Counted from the first letter of the stretch, positions 23,417 to 36,592 are shown. The stretch: 64,000 nucleotides of DNA from Mytilus edulis (GCF_963676685.1 NC_092344.1:107632001-107696000); one strand, 5' to 3'. The notes: generated by a model from the letters alone, not told the origin. Program-made: numbers and translations.

Positions 23417-26400
23417 ATGGAGGCGAAACCGTCAAGTAAACAGACAGGGATGTCCCTGTTCCCTGTTTACGCTATTACACTGTTATTGGGGATAACTGCT
23501 ATCATCATTATAGGTACAAATTGTAAATTATATGACCAACATTTGCAACCCCAAACTATAGTCACTGGCACTTGTTTCTAGACTGTCGAATACCAGTATC
23601 AATGAATGTATAAAATGCAAAAGGTCAACAAGTGGCTGTGACTCGAACTATGTGACAGGCCCATCATAGGTTAATAATTTACAATTGTATTAATGTACAA
23701 TGTAGATACCTAGATAGAAATTTATGCCACATCAGATTTACTTTTAGTTTACATCCCCTTGTTGTCTAGATACTTTGTCTGTGTCACATCCATTACCTTC
23801 CTGACAATACATCTGACAAAACTAACATCCTAAATAGTCAGTTTCAAAAAGCATTTTCCGAAGAAACAACAAGTGAACCTATTCCGGATAAAGGGAAATC
23901 AAACTATCCAAAAATGAATAAGATCACCATCTCCAAGAAGGGTGTAATAAAATTACTGGACAAGATAAATCCTAACAAAGCAACTGGTCCAGATCAAATT
24001 TGCGGAACAGTACTTAAAGAACTTAGTAGTGACATTTCAACTGCAATCACCTACATCTTCCAAAAATCACTTGACACAGGAAAAATCCCAAAAGATTGGA
24101 AACATGCAAACGTCTGTCCTGTTTTTAAAAAAGGTGATAAACACAACGCAATAAACTATAGACCCATATCTCTCACATGCATACTTTGTAAGATCATGGA
24201 ACACATCATAGCCAGTAGTATGATGGACCACTTAGAAAATAACAAAATCTTGTACGACCTTCAACACGGATTTCGAGCATCTAGATCATGTGAAACCCAA
24301 CTAGTATCATTCATCCAACAACTAGCAAAAAATAACAACAGTAACATCCAAACTGACATAGTTGTGATGGACTTTGCCAAAGCCTTTGACAAAGTTCCTC
24401 ACAAGAGACTTCTCTACAAACTGAAACATTATGGCATTGATCACAACACTCTAAAATGGATAGAAGATTTTCTCACATCCCGTACACAAACGGTCATTAT
24501 TGATGGTGTTCAGTCGGACAAAATTAACGTAACATCTGGTGTTCCCCAAGGTACAGTCTTGGGTCCGATCCTGTTCCTTGTATATATTAATGACTTCAAT
24601 GAATACATGAAACACAGTACCCTCAGATTATTTGCAGATGATAGTATAATTTATAAAACAATTCGAAACAAAGAAGACACACAAAAACTGCAAGAAGACC
24701 TCACATCAGCAGCAAAATGGGAGAAGGACTGGCTCATGTCATTCCATCCAGACAAGTGTTCAGTCCTTCAGATAACAACCAAGAAAAACCCAATAAAATT
24801 TGACTATACTCTCCACCAACATGTATTACAAAAAGAAACATCCACAAAATATTTGGGAATAACTATACAAACTGACCTAAAATGGAACAAACATGTAAAC
24901 AATATTACAGCTGCAGCCACACAAAAGCTGAACTTTATCAAAAGAAATTTAAAAGTTAATTCTAAAACAGTCAAAGAAAAAGCATACATTGCACTAGTAA
25001 AACCAAAGCTAGAATACAGCAGCTGCGTCTGGGACCCACATACCAACTCACAAACACATCAACTTGAGATGGTCCAGCGCAGAGCAGCAAGGTACACTTG
25101 CAACAGATACCATAACACAAGCTCAGTCACTGAAATGCTGCAAACATTAAATTGGGCAACACTTGAGAAAAGGCGAATTAGAACCCACATCATTTTCTTC
25201 TACAAAATTATACATCATCTTGTAGCCATATACCCGACAGACCTACTTACACAATCCGATACAAGAACACGTCAACATTCACATATTTATTCTTTCAGAC
25301 CAATACAAACCACTAAAGACTCATACAAGTACTCATTCTACCCCAGAACAATCTTACAATGGAACCTTCTCCCAGTAGCTGCAGTTCAATGTACTACTCT
25401 TGAAAGCTTCCGAGAACAAATTCCAATTTCTGTTCTCAATAAACATCTAAAAATTTAAATAAATCCTACAATGTATATAGTTTTAACCAAAATGTATAGT
25501 ACAAAAACAGAAGAAAAAGAAATTACGTTGAATTTTTATTTTTATTTTTTTGTATATTATTCACTGTAAATAAAAATTAGATCCCACGCAAGCGCGGCAT
25601 AGTAAAATCAGTGCCCGGCACGTTATCATCAGTATGTTGATGGAGTGCTGAATTATAAAGAAGAAGACTCAGTTGACACACAAGTACATGTTTGTGTTGA
25701 TGACCGTTTACTGTAACTGTGTTGTCAAATAGATTTTGTGCACTTTCTTCTTCTCTTCTTCCCATTATGAGTCGAACTCGGTTATTTTGCTGTGTATTTC
25801 ATATGCGGCTGAGTCTATGGGGAATCCGGGTCCGTTCGCGCCCATTCACATTCACACCCACTCATGTTCGCCCCCTTTCACGTTCGCACCCTACATCTTC
25901 GCGCCAAATTTTAATTGGTTTTGTGTTTAATAACTTTGTAATCAAGTTTTGGCAAGTATATTCTTATAAGTATAATTGTTGTGATGGGTCTTAGACCCTT
26001 TGCATTTCAACGACATAGATGTAGATGTTGTCATTGTCTCAAAATAAAGTGAGACAGCATTTTTTTTGGTGTTAAATCATGATGTTTTGGATAGTGTTTA
26101 TTGTTAAAAAAAAATGATAATCCTTTCTTAATAAAGTGGGATTCTGTCAAAGTTTTATTTTGTGTTGAATAACGAGTACTCTTAATCATGCTTTGGTTAG
26201 TGTATTGCTATAACTATTACTGTTTTTCATTGACTTGTTTCAAAATAAAGTGAGATTCTGACTACGTTTTTTTTTGTGTGTTGAATAAATTTTATCATGT
26301 TTTGGTTATAATAGTGTATTGCTATATTTTATTGTTTCATTGTTTCAGATCAAAGGGACCAAGCTGTGTGTTTTTCATTTAAAAAAAATCTTCAATGTTT

Positions 26401-29400
26401 TACTCATACCAAGCTATAAATACATTCAGTATTACACCAAAGCGATTTAAAACAACAATCATAATTTTCCAATTATTCAACTGGAATTTGAATTAAAATT
26501 GGGCGCGAATGTGTAGAGTGCGAACAGACCTTGGGTGCGAACGAGCGAGATGCGAACGTGTAGGGTGCGAAAGTGTTTTGGGCGCGAACGGACCTGATAC
26601 CAATAGACCGGTCATGGGGATGGTAATTACTCTGGCCCTGAAGGCCTATAGTGATCTGGACTTGGTTCACTGTTCCCTGTATGCCTGTAAACCTTCTCTC
26701 CCAAAATATGCTTGTGATATATATTAATTTACAGAAGGAATCAATTATTCAATGATATTTTTCACCTATTGACCTATTGACCTCATGTCAAGCAGTGTAA
26801 ATCATTGTTTAAGATTAACTCAAGTTTGGTGTTAAATATCCACCATATGAACTGAAACTTACACTTCAACATATTTAAAAAGACCTAAAAAATTTAGAAA
26901 CATATATAGGTGTCAGATGTATTGGGATACACACTCAAACAACAATTCTAGACATAAAGAACTTATCATATCATCTTATAGGCTCATACGTATACATGTA
27001 GCATTTATAAAGCAACATACTTTTATATATTGTTATTTAGATGGAGAGTTGTCTCATTGGCACTCATACCACATCTTCTTATATCTATATGTATATTTAT
27101 TGAGAAACTACCCCATTACATCAATGTCAAAACACCAGCTAGGAATTAGTGTTGGCTTTATACACGTGTCATACAAACTATACACTATTAGGCCATTAGA
27201 AGTCTCGTTTGAATTGTTTTACATTGTTATTTCGGGGCCTTTTTATATAGCTGACTATGCAGTATTGGCTTTGCTCATTGTTGAAGGCTGACAGTGACCT
27301 ATAGTTGTTAATTTCTTTGTCATTTTGGTCTCCTTTGGAGAGTTGTCTCATTGGCAATCATATTACGTCTTTTTTTATTATACTTTTAATTATACGTTAT
27401 ATGGTGTACATAAAAAATCACATTATATTGGATCATGAAATTATAAGTGTCAGTATAATAGTAAAAGTTTGATTTATAATCCAACCTTTGACAATAAAAA
27501 TGAATAAAAGAAATCACAAAAGTGCATTTTCATATTTTGCATTTTATTCATAGATACATATATGTATTAGTATATTTACACATATAATTTTAGCTACATG
27601 TATGTGTTCTTTAAATACACATTCACACAAAATTTGCACACTTTCAAACTTTCATACATATACATATATATTGATTTATTCAAATACTATACATGAAATA
27701 ACTGATTGCAAACATTAATGAATGAGGTATAAATTTTTGCGAAGGTTATCAACCATCTTTATCTGATATTATCACTGAACAAAAAGGCAACTGAGTTTCT
27801 GCAGCAAGAAGAAAAGTGTGCAAATAGGAAAAAAAACTTTCTTGAATATCATTATACATTTATGCCTGGTTAGTCCAACAATACATTCAAATCATATTCA
27901 TCAATACAACAAGTAATTATATGACTTAAGTAGAAACACCAAAATTATATTTCATAAACATGATGAATGGAAACTCAGACTATCATATACAATGTAGAAT
28001 AAAATTTGTGCTAGCCTGTGAGAAGAAAAATATATGTATTTTAAATGAGTTTAATGAGAATGAGTTCTGTTGTTTTATGAACAAGTCTCATATATAGATA
28101 ATATGTGCTTCTCAAATTCACTTTCACAACATAACTGCTGCTGTACATCAATTCAAATGTAGTAGCTGAATATCTATTGAACTTACGATATTTTCTTTTT
28201 CAGTTATGTATTATATGTTGACCGGAAGAGGAACACGTTTTGATATTGGATGGTAAATACATTAACTATATGTGAAGCTGTTTTAGGTTAATTTCAGTTG
28301 CTAGGGGCATTCTTTCAAACAGTATGGTTCTATACAGGCACGTAGCCATGAATTTTTAAGGAGGGTTATTTAGACTCACGAACTAAACTTTAAGTCGTTA
28401 CATTTCAAACAGAAAGTTGACATTAACAGTGCTTATTTGTTTTCAAGGGGGGGCTCCCGAACCCCCTGGCTACGGGTATGCTATAAACATGTTTGTATCT
28501 GTACCTTTCTGAACTTAATTATACAACCATCTGTAATAATGATATTTTTTACATTGCACATTTTTGTTCTATTTTTATGTATCTCTATTATAAATAAAAA
28601 AGTTTTTTTTACATTTGAGATTATAGGGGAAGGTTGAATCTACTTTCTCCCCCTTTACAAGTTCATGTGTAAGTTCCAGGTTGAGAATTTTATTCAGTTA
28701 GCGTCTTTACAAATTTTGCCTGTTTAGAATTTTAAAGCCAAGTATAAGCAGGAAAAGACATTATGAGATCTCAACCTTCCCATTGTTAATCTTGTTCAGT
28801 AATATATAACCTTCCCATTGTTAATCTTGTTCAGTAAAATATAACCTACCCATTGTTAATCTTGTTCAGTAAAATAACAAAACATACAATAGGAACGTTC
28901 AAAGAAAAACATTAAATTTATTTTTAAATTCAACATGTACAAAAGACATCAACAAAACTTAAATCAATACAGAAATAAATCAAACTTGATGAAAACCGTG
29001 TACAATGCACGACTAAATTCCAATTTACAATATAATGAATACTTCTTACAGTTTCTAAAATGAATTGATAAAAAACTGCTTATACCATTTGATATAAAAC
29101 ATGTGTAATTGAAGAGCATGACTCTACATCCAAAATCATCTTAGTCTCCTCTGGGACTCAAACCCAACCAGGACCCCTCTGTGTTACAAGGCAGCGCTCT
29201 AAACAACAGTATATATATACATTGTATTCATGTTGTATTGTTATATTTGATTGTGTAATTCAATTAGTCCAACTAAAAATATAACTTTTATTTTTGTTCA
29301 TTGTGGCTATCAAATTCTAACTAACTTTCTGTGTTGTTGTTGTAGGTTTTTGTCAGAGACTTCACCATATATGTGGGGCTCCATAGGTGTTGGTTTATGT

Positions 29401-32400
29401 ATATCTCTGTCAGTTGTAGGAGCTGCATGGTAAGTTCTAAAATTGTGAGAAACATAACATGCGTAAGGTTATTTCAACTGTCTTTTTAAAATGCATGGTT
29501 CATGAATATAGATAGATGTTTTCAGTATTAAATTTTCATAATTGTTTACTGAGTTTTCAGAACTGCTAGCCTAAACCTCAACAATGCAAATATGAAAAAT
29601 AAACAAAACTTAAGAATCAATACTGTAAACTCAGAAATTATTGCTAGGTTTTTGCTAATGTTAATAATGTGATTTGGTGACTATTGCAATAATAAGAAGT
29701 TAGAACTAGCATTTTAATATCTTATTCATAGATACTCCTTAATTGTCAAGATATGAAGCAGACTTAACCAAATTAAGGGTATCCATTGGATAGATGTATT
29801 CAACATATTCACCAAACTTTGAATTATTTAGTGGGAGGACATGATCTACATACATGTAATGGAATGCAAATTTTAAAAGAATAACTTTAGTTTCATTCTT
29901 TCTGGTGAGCTACTGTATGAAGTTATCCTCATATTGAAAGTGATGTCTAGTCAATGGATAAAAAAGGCTTTTGTTTATAATTGAAGTTTGACTTTGATTT
30001 TATAGTTTTATGACATATCATTTCAGGGGAATATTTACTACTGGGTCTAGCATTTTAGGAGGAGGAGTAAAAGCTCCCAGGATCAAAACAAAGAACCTAA
30101 TTAGCATTATTTTCTGTGAGGCTGTAGCTATTTATGGAATTATTTTAGCTATAGTTATTGGAAATAAACTTGGGGTAAGCAAAATTGAAAGTAACATAAG
30201 TATCTGGTTACTGCATATCTAACTAATACAGCTATAATTTAAGATACATAAGATAAGAAAAAGAAAAATATCTTTATCAATTAACTTACTAGGGTTGCTA
30301 GCAACCCTCTTGAATCTGAGTGGCTATTACCATCAGCATCAATATTTAGTTTTGAAATTTATTAATCAACTTGGAGTCTTTTACCAGTTATCCACATTCT
30401 TTTTTAGCTCACCTGGCCTGAAGGGCCAAGTGAGCTTTTCTCATCACTTGGCGTCCGTCGTCCGTCGTCGTCCTGCTTCTATAACTTTTACAAAAATCTT
30501 CTCCTCTGAAACTACTTGGCCAAATTTAACCAAACTTGACCACAATCATCATTGGGTATCTAGTTTAAAAATGTGTCCGGTGACACGGCCAACCAACCAA
30601 GATGGCCGCCATGGCTAAAAATAGAACATAGGGGTAAAATGCAGTTTTTGACTTATAACTCAGAAACCAAAGCATTTAGAGCAAATCTAACATGGGGGTA
30701 AAATTGTTTATCAGGTCAAGATCTATCAGCCCTGCAATTTTCAGATGAATCGGACAACCCGTTGTTAGGTTGCTGCCCCTGAATTGGTAATTTTAAGGAA
30801 ATTTTGCTGTTTTTATGCCCCACCTACGATAGCAGAGGGGCATTATGTTTTCTGGTCTGTGCTTCCATTCGTTCATCCGTCCAGCCGTCCGTCCGTCCGT
30901 CTGTGCGTCCGTTCAGGTTAAAGTTTTTGGTCAAGGTAATTTTTTGATGAAGCTGAAGTCCAATCAACTTGAAACTTAGTACACTTGTTGCTTATGATAT
31001 GATCTTTTTAATTTTAAAGCCAAATTAGACTTTTGACCCCAATTTCACGGTCCACTGAACATAGAAAATGAAAGTGGGAGTTTCAGGTTAAAGTTTTTGG
31101 TCAAGGTAGTTTTTGATGAAATTTAAGTCCAATCAACTTGAAACTTAGTACATATGTTCTCTATAGTATAATCTTTCTAATTTTAATGCTAAATTAGATT
31201 ATTACCCAATTTAACGGTCCATGGAACATGGAAAAGGATAGTGCGAGTGGGGCATCCATGTACTTTGGACACATTCTTGTTGGTTATTATCTTGAATATT
31301 ATAGAGATAAACTCTAAACAGCAATAATGTTCAGCAAAGTAAGATTTACAAATAAGTCAACATGACCAAAACGGTCAGTTGACCCCTTTAGGAGTTATTG
31401 CCCTTTATCATGTTTATAGTAAATTTTTAACCATTTTTCGTAAATTTTAATAATCTTTTAGAAAAATCTTCTCCTCTGAAACTACTGGGCCAAATTAAAT
31501 CAAACTTGACCATAATAATCATTGGGGTATCTAGTTTTAAAAATGTGTCCGGTAACTCGGCCAACCAACAAAGATGGCCACCATGGCTAAAAATAGAACA
31601 TAGCGGTAAAATGCAGTTTTTGGCTTATAACTCAAAAACCAAAACATTAAGAGCAAATCTGATCGGAGTAAAATTGTTTATCAGGTCAAGATCTATCAGC
31701 CCTGAAATTTTCAGATGAATCGGACAACCTGTTGTTAGGTTGCTGCCCCTGAATTGGTAATTTTAAGGAAATTTTGCTGTTTTTGGTTATTACCTTGAAT
31801 ACTATAATAGATTGAGATAAACTGTAAACAGCAATAATGTTCAGCAAAGTAAGACCTAAAAATAAGTCAACACAACCAAAATGATCAATTGACCCCCTAA
31901 AACACATCACCATTACCAAAACACAATTTTGTCATGAATTCATCTGTGTCCTTTGTTAACCAAGGTGAGCGACACAGGCTCTTTAGAGCCTCGAGTTAAA
32001 AAGTGTCAAAAAGAAATACATTTTTTCCCTCAACCCATCATTTGTCCATAAAGTGAATCCGCAGAATTCACTAATGAAAGTTTATATTGATATTTTAGAA
32101 ATATGACCCACTGGAATCCAATTTAGATGTGATAAGGGACAGTCATTATGCAGGTTTGATATTAGTACTATTTTAAGTTTGAAAGCATAAACAATTCAGT
32201 AGTAAATTGTTACAATTGTGAAACATCAGAAAAGCAAAAAGATCTGTTTCAAGATACTAAATAAAATTGAGAATGGAAATGGGGAATGTGTCAAAGAGAC
32301 AACAAAGTATGCTTCCTGTTAGAAACATATTTCATTGATTTTATGAATATTTCAAAGCCAGCTCAAGCAAAACCTATGACGGTGATATAGAAATATGGTG

Positions 32401-35093
32401 ACCTTGACCTCACCCATCCTACATTGTCCTACAATAAAATCCATGCGAACACATGTCTGCAGTGTGGTATGTTTAAGTACCCAGCTGGGAGATATCCATA
32501 TGGATTAGTTAAGTCAAATGCCTTGTGCATAGAGAGTGAAGTTTCAATTCAAAGAAGAGTTAACACCTCTTGATGTTACAATAAGTAATATAGCATGAGA
32601 TTTGAATTATAAAAATGAAAACAAAGGCACAACCAACAATCAAAGTTTATCGTCACAGTGACATTCTTTTGTTTACATAAATAATATATATGAAAAAAAT
32701 TAATTTTAAAAGTTCATAATTGATTACATACATGTTGAAATTAAATATTTGCAGGTTTCCAGATCTTTGCTGCCGGTATTAATGTAGGTATATGTAACCT
32801 TGCCTGTGGATTGTGCGTGGGTATTGTTGGATCTGGTGCAGCATTAGCAGATGCTCAGAACTCTGCTCTCTTTGTTAAAATTCTAATCATAGAAATCTTT
32901 GGAAGTGCTATTGGTCTTTTTGGAATTATTGTTGCCATTTTACAGGTAAGTGCAAATGCTTAAATTTAAAAAAAAAAATACAAAATATTAAATATCTTGA
33001 AGTATAAAGAGAAGTTTAAAAAAATATACAACATGAAACAGTGAATTGAAATGTTATCGAGGATTTCAAATATTATTCAAGAAGGAGAACCAATTCAGAA
33101 TGAAATCATTCACAGATGGTTTACCAAAGATATGGAATTTTATTTATCTATTTGAATAAGTATGTTCAATGAAATTAAATATGGTCAGGCAAATGAATTC
33201 AAAAGAAAAATAAAGGAGTTCTTCAGCAGCATGATCAGCTCACAGAAAAACTGTTAAATTGTTAGGCAGTGTTGGGGGTTAAATGAACACTACTGATATT
33301 GTTAGCATTCTTCACTTGGAGGCAGAGTCTGAGAGAGTAGTACTATAAACATTGCATAACTGTTTCTATTCATTTACTTCATGGCACACTTGCAAATCCT
33401 GTTACCTAGCCTTGTCAAAGTATACAGATGGGTGCAGAATCAACCTAACATTTGTCCTATTACCTAGCATTACCAAAATATACAGATGGGTACAGACATA
33501 ACCTTACATGCATTAAATACTGTCAAATTATTGTGCAACAGGAACATAAACACATACTATTGTTCTCAAAATTGGCATGTAAATAAATTTTAAAAAGATT
33601 GTACAATTCATGAACATAATAGCTACAATTGGGAAGATTTTGAATTTAAAAACAAATTCAATGAAAGTATGCATAGTTCTAAAAAAGAAAGCACAAAAAG
33701 TATAATTATCTATTAACATCTGCAGACATCACAGCTTGGCAGAAACTATTTCCATCACTAGTATAGTTGAAAATGTCACTGTTTGAAACTATCGATGGAA
33801 AAGGTTAACAGGGGTGTGGAAATATTTGTTGTGAGCATTTGTCCCTGGGCAAGTAAAACTAAATTTTACTTGTCCGGAAAAAAGTTACTTGCGCTGATGG
33901 TCCCAATAAATTGTAGTATTTTATTGTTAGTTAATATATGATTCTTAGCACTGTTTTGCATCCCAAACAAATCAGTGAAATCAATTGGTTTATATATAGG
34001 TGTAAAAATTTAGGAATGTTGGAAATGGGTTTATAACATCAATGGGACAGAAACTCAAAAGCAAACCAACTAAATGAAATGACATGTAAAGTTTTCAGCA
34101 TTGTTTTTTAATAAAAATTGTAGCCAGTAGGTACACTACATTATATACTAAATTTAGAGGACAGTGAGTCAAGAAATGGAAACTAAATAATAGATTAACT
34201 AATTAATTCTATCAACTGACACACTTGGTTTTTTTTTTGGTAGTTAAACACTTCTATTTACCACTTAGACAACACATAAGGTTGCCTTTGATCGATATAT
34301 AAGACAAAAACAAAACGTATTATCCGAATTTCTTTCCAAGGGATAATCTGATATTCATGATGTCTGATATTCTCGCTTCCGTATATTTTTTTTTACACCT
34401 TGACCATCTCTGATTGCGTTTCATGCTTTCGACTTGATTCGTCATTCTTTTTGTCTTGCTTGCCCAATGTTTTATTTTAAAAGTATTCATCAATCTTAAT
34501 CTCGATTCAAAATCTTAAGAATTGACACATTCGGTGAATAGTGGATAAAACATAATCGACGATCCCAGGTCAATGGACAAAGCCAATGCAATATTACGCG
34601 ACTCGGGTTTGCATACTTATTTTTACTCATTTTGGTAATCGATCTATTTCGGAGTTATGTAATATTTATCGTCATGAACATTGATGTTTTTACTTGCTGA
34701 TTATTGGTTTCTTTTACATAAGTTTAACATCTTTATACGTTTTGAAATTAATCCTATATTTTTGCTGAATTTGAAGTTGGTCATGTATATTATTTTACTT
34801 GTCCACGGGCAACCAAGACAAAAATAATTACTTGTCCGGGTGTTAAAATGTACGAGTCGGGCAGTCGGGCATAGCATTTCCACACCCCTGGTTAATAATA
34901 AGACTAAACAAAATGAAAGATCAAACCAATCCAAGTACAAATGTATATTATCCTATAAGCAATAACGTTGTGTATCACCACTGGTATTTGACTCCTTATA
35001 TATCTATCAGCTATTTAACTTAATTTAGAGAAATTGATTAATGAACTGGTTTTTTTTTTCCAGATCTCCAGTGCAAAAATGGGAACTTCATAA
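23417..35093 (+). CDS. ATP6V0B: V-type proton ATPase 21 kDa proteolipid subunit c'' (217 aa, 7 coding exons)
   Basis: Exons 23417-23513, 28204-28252, 29346-29429, 30027-30174, 32099-32153, 32755-32945 and 35064-35093, all GT-AG and phase-consistent (654 nt). Translation includes [43 protein letters not shown] and [32 protein letters not shown]. Confidence 0.95.
23800..25667 (+). mobile_element. Second copy of the CR1-like LINE (RT ORF 23914-25458), in ATP6V0B intron 1
   Basis: Identical to 16400-18267; copied by the tandem duplication. Confidence 0.93.
23914..25458 (+). CDS. LINE reverse transcriptase, duplicate copy
   Basis: Identical 514-aa translation. Confidence 0.9.
   Translation: MNKITISKKGVIKLLDKINPNKATGPDQICGTVLKELSSDISTAITYIFQKSLDTGKIPKDWKHANVCPVFKKGDKHNAINYRPISLTCILCKIMEHIIASSMMDHLENNKILYDLQHGFRASRSCETQLVSFIQQLAKNNNSNIQTDIVVMDFAKAFDKVPHKRLLYKLKHYGIDHNTLKWIEDFLTSRTQTVIIDGVQSDKINVTSGVPQGTVLGPILFLVYINDFNEYMKHSTLRLFADDSIIYKTIRNKEDTQKLQEDLTSAAKWEKDWLMSFHPDKCSVLQITTKKNPIKFDYTLHQHVLQKETSTKYLGITIQTDLKWNKHVNNITAAATQKLNFIKRNLKVNSKTVKEKAYIALVKPKLEYSSCVWDPHTNSQTHQLEMVQRRAARYTCNRYHNTSSVTEMLQTLNWATLEKRRIRTHIIFFYKIIHHLVAIYPTDLLTQSDTRTRQHSHIYSFRPIQTTKDSYKYSFYPRTILQWNLLPVAAVQCTTLESFREQIPISVLNKHLKI
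25821..26601. mobile_element. MITE with ~90-110 bp imperfect TIRs built from TTCGC(A/G)CCC subrepeats; only its left end is present at 18421-18510
   Basis: Left GGAATCCGGGTCCGTTCGCGCCCA; right TGGGCGCGAACGGACCTGATACC; no clear TSD. Confidence 0.75.
28335..28480. mobile_element. 146-bp MITE with 5-bp TSD CTATA
   Basis: CAGGCACGTAGCCA ... TGGCTACGGGTATG, with CTATA on both sides. Confidence 0.7.
28773..28876 (+). repeat. 35-bp minisatellite, 3 copies
   Basis: AACCTTCCCATTGTTAATCTTGTTCAGTAA(T/A)ATAT repeated. Confidence 0.9.
29144..29209 (-). repeat. Degenerate tRNA-derived (SINE-head-like) fragment
   Basis: Minus strand TTTAGAGCGCTGCCTTGTAACACAGAGGGGTCCTGGTTGGGTTTGAGTCCCAG resembles tRNA D, anticodon and T arms; no full cloverleaf. 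Confidence 0.3.
30401..31998 (+). mobile_element. Helentron/HINE-like element with two internal core repeats, in an ATP6V0B intron
   Basis: TTTTTAGCTCACCTGG...GTGAGCT at the 5' end, a CGTC microsatellite, a duplicated core (AAAATCTTCTCCTCTGAAACTACT at ~30493 and ~31463), 3' subTIR AGGTGAGCGA and hairpin AGGCTCTTTAGAGCCT. Confidence 0.75.
30811..31280 (+). mobile_element. HINE-like element (ATGCCCCACCTACG family) nested in the previous element; further copies at 36313-36592 and 36818-37343
   Basis: TTTTATGCCCCACCTACGATAGYAGAGGGGCAT, CGTC/CGTT microsatellite, 3' GTGGGGCAT...GGACACATTCTTGTT; inserted in a T run without TSD. Confidence 0.75.
33809..34890. mobile_element. Non-autonomous DNA transposon, perfect 15-bp TIR, 5-bp TSD GTTAA
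   Basis: CAGGGGTGTGGAAAT ... ATTTCCACACCCCTG; subterminal ACTTGTCC repeats; GTTAA at 33804-33808 and 34891-34895. Confidence 0.85.
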
Positions 35094-36312
35094 ACAAAAC
35101 ATAGATAGTCATAGACACTGTATAGAGTCCCAGGATATGTATTCAGAATTATGTCTAGTATAGTTACTTGTGAATTTGACTTGAACATGGATGCTTTAGA
35201 TCTATTACTGTTGTCTCAAAATGTATGGAGTTTTCATAGTTAAATTTATTAGTTGTACAAAATCATAACAAGTTTTATAAGATCGCTGCTTTGAATATTA
35301 AAAATCATGTGATTACACTAAAACTACATTGTCATGTAAATGTGGAATATTAAGGTTCAAGATTTTGAATATATTAGGATAATTTCATTATGTAATAAAA
35401 GTTCTACATCTTGGTTTATATGCATTTAATATTAAGTAAAAGTTGAAATTTATTAAAACAAAAATAAATAATTTAATTCATTTAAGTTAAGTAGAGCCTA
35501 ACTATGATAGTTGATGTAAGAAAACTATTAGCCAAAAAATAAAACTGAAACAGTTTTATGGAAAGAATTTGTTCATGACATTTTGTGTCTATATAATGTA
35601 TTATTGTGATATATATAAATATGTTTTGTATTGAAACACATTCCTTATACATGTACATAAAATTATACATACAACCACTTGTTAGAAGTAGTGAAAGAAA
35701 ACAGAATTTTAAAATCATTCTTTTTTACTTTTACAAATTGTGACTTGGATGTGGAGTTGTCTCATTGGAACTCATACCACATCTTCTTATATCTTTTGAA
35801 TTGGTTTTCCGTTTTGATTTTAATAAATTTTATAATCTGTATCCAAATTTTATATTTGACATTTTCTGGATAAAAAAAAACTAACAGTAGAAAAAACAGG
35901 ATTAAAAATAAAACCTGATTTTTCTTTTACCACTTGTGATTAACAGACCATAGATGTTGTTTTCAAAACTATTTTCCATACAGTATGAATAGCCAATATG
36001 ACTAAAAAATAAGTGTGAATCTGTGGATAATGGATTGATTGTATTAATAATGTTACAGTCATAATAAATCTTTATATGTTATTTTTATCTCTTATTTTTA
36101 TTTGCTTTTCTGTTCCAAGTGAGTTAGACCCATATATTGGTGCCCTTTGTCTTCTGTAATTTTTGTCTGTTCACTTTAACAAAAATCTTCTGACCACTTA
36201 ATGTAAGCAAATAACTTACAAAATAATCAGTTTTCTTATTGTCCTTTTATAATTGTATCATCTTTCTTGGAATCTGTGGTTCTCCAATATATCTTATTTC
36301 ACCCACAATCAC

Positions 36313-36592
36313 TTTTTATGCCCCACCTACGATAGTAGAGGGGCATTATGTTTTCTGGTCTGTGCGTCCGTTCGTTCGTCCGTCTGTCCCGCTCCAGGTT
36401 AAAGTTTTTGGTCAAGGTAGTTTTTGATGAAGTTGAAGTCCAATCGACTTCAAACTTAGTACACATGTTCCCTATGATATGATCTTTCTAATTTTAATGC
36501 CAAATTAGAGTTTTTACCCCAATTTCACGGTCCACTGAACATGGAAAATGATAGTGTGAGTGGGGCATTCGTGTACTGAGGACACATTCTTG
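36313..36592 (+). mobile_element. HINE-like element copy
   Basis: Same termini as 30811-31280, single core. Confidence 0.75.

Larger units (their letters stand above)
11106..25910 (+). repeat. Tandem segmental duplication, 2 x 7400 bp (11106-18510 and 18506-25910)
   Basis: All ORFs repeat at an offset of exactly 7400. The junction GCGCC-AAATT-AAAGAT shares 5 bp AAATT. The only difference noticed by eye is 12992 G vs 20392 A. Confidence 0.97.

Noticed and set aside
11106-25910. RT plus homeobox as one mobile cassette or retron-like system
   Set aside because: The RT is an ordinary 5'-truncated LINE. The unit ends fall inside unrelated transposons with no TIR, LTR or TSD, so co-duplication is passive.
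28773-28876. 35-bp repeats of CRISPR-like length
   Set aside because: Head-to-tail with no spacers, in a eukaryotic intron: a minisatellite.
29144-29209. Functional tRNA gene
   Set aside because: Acceptor stem and T-loop consensus are broken; at best a SINE relic.
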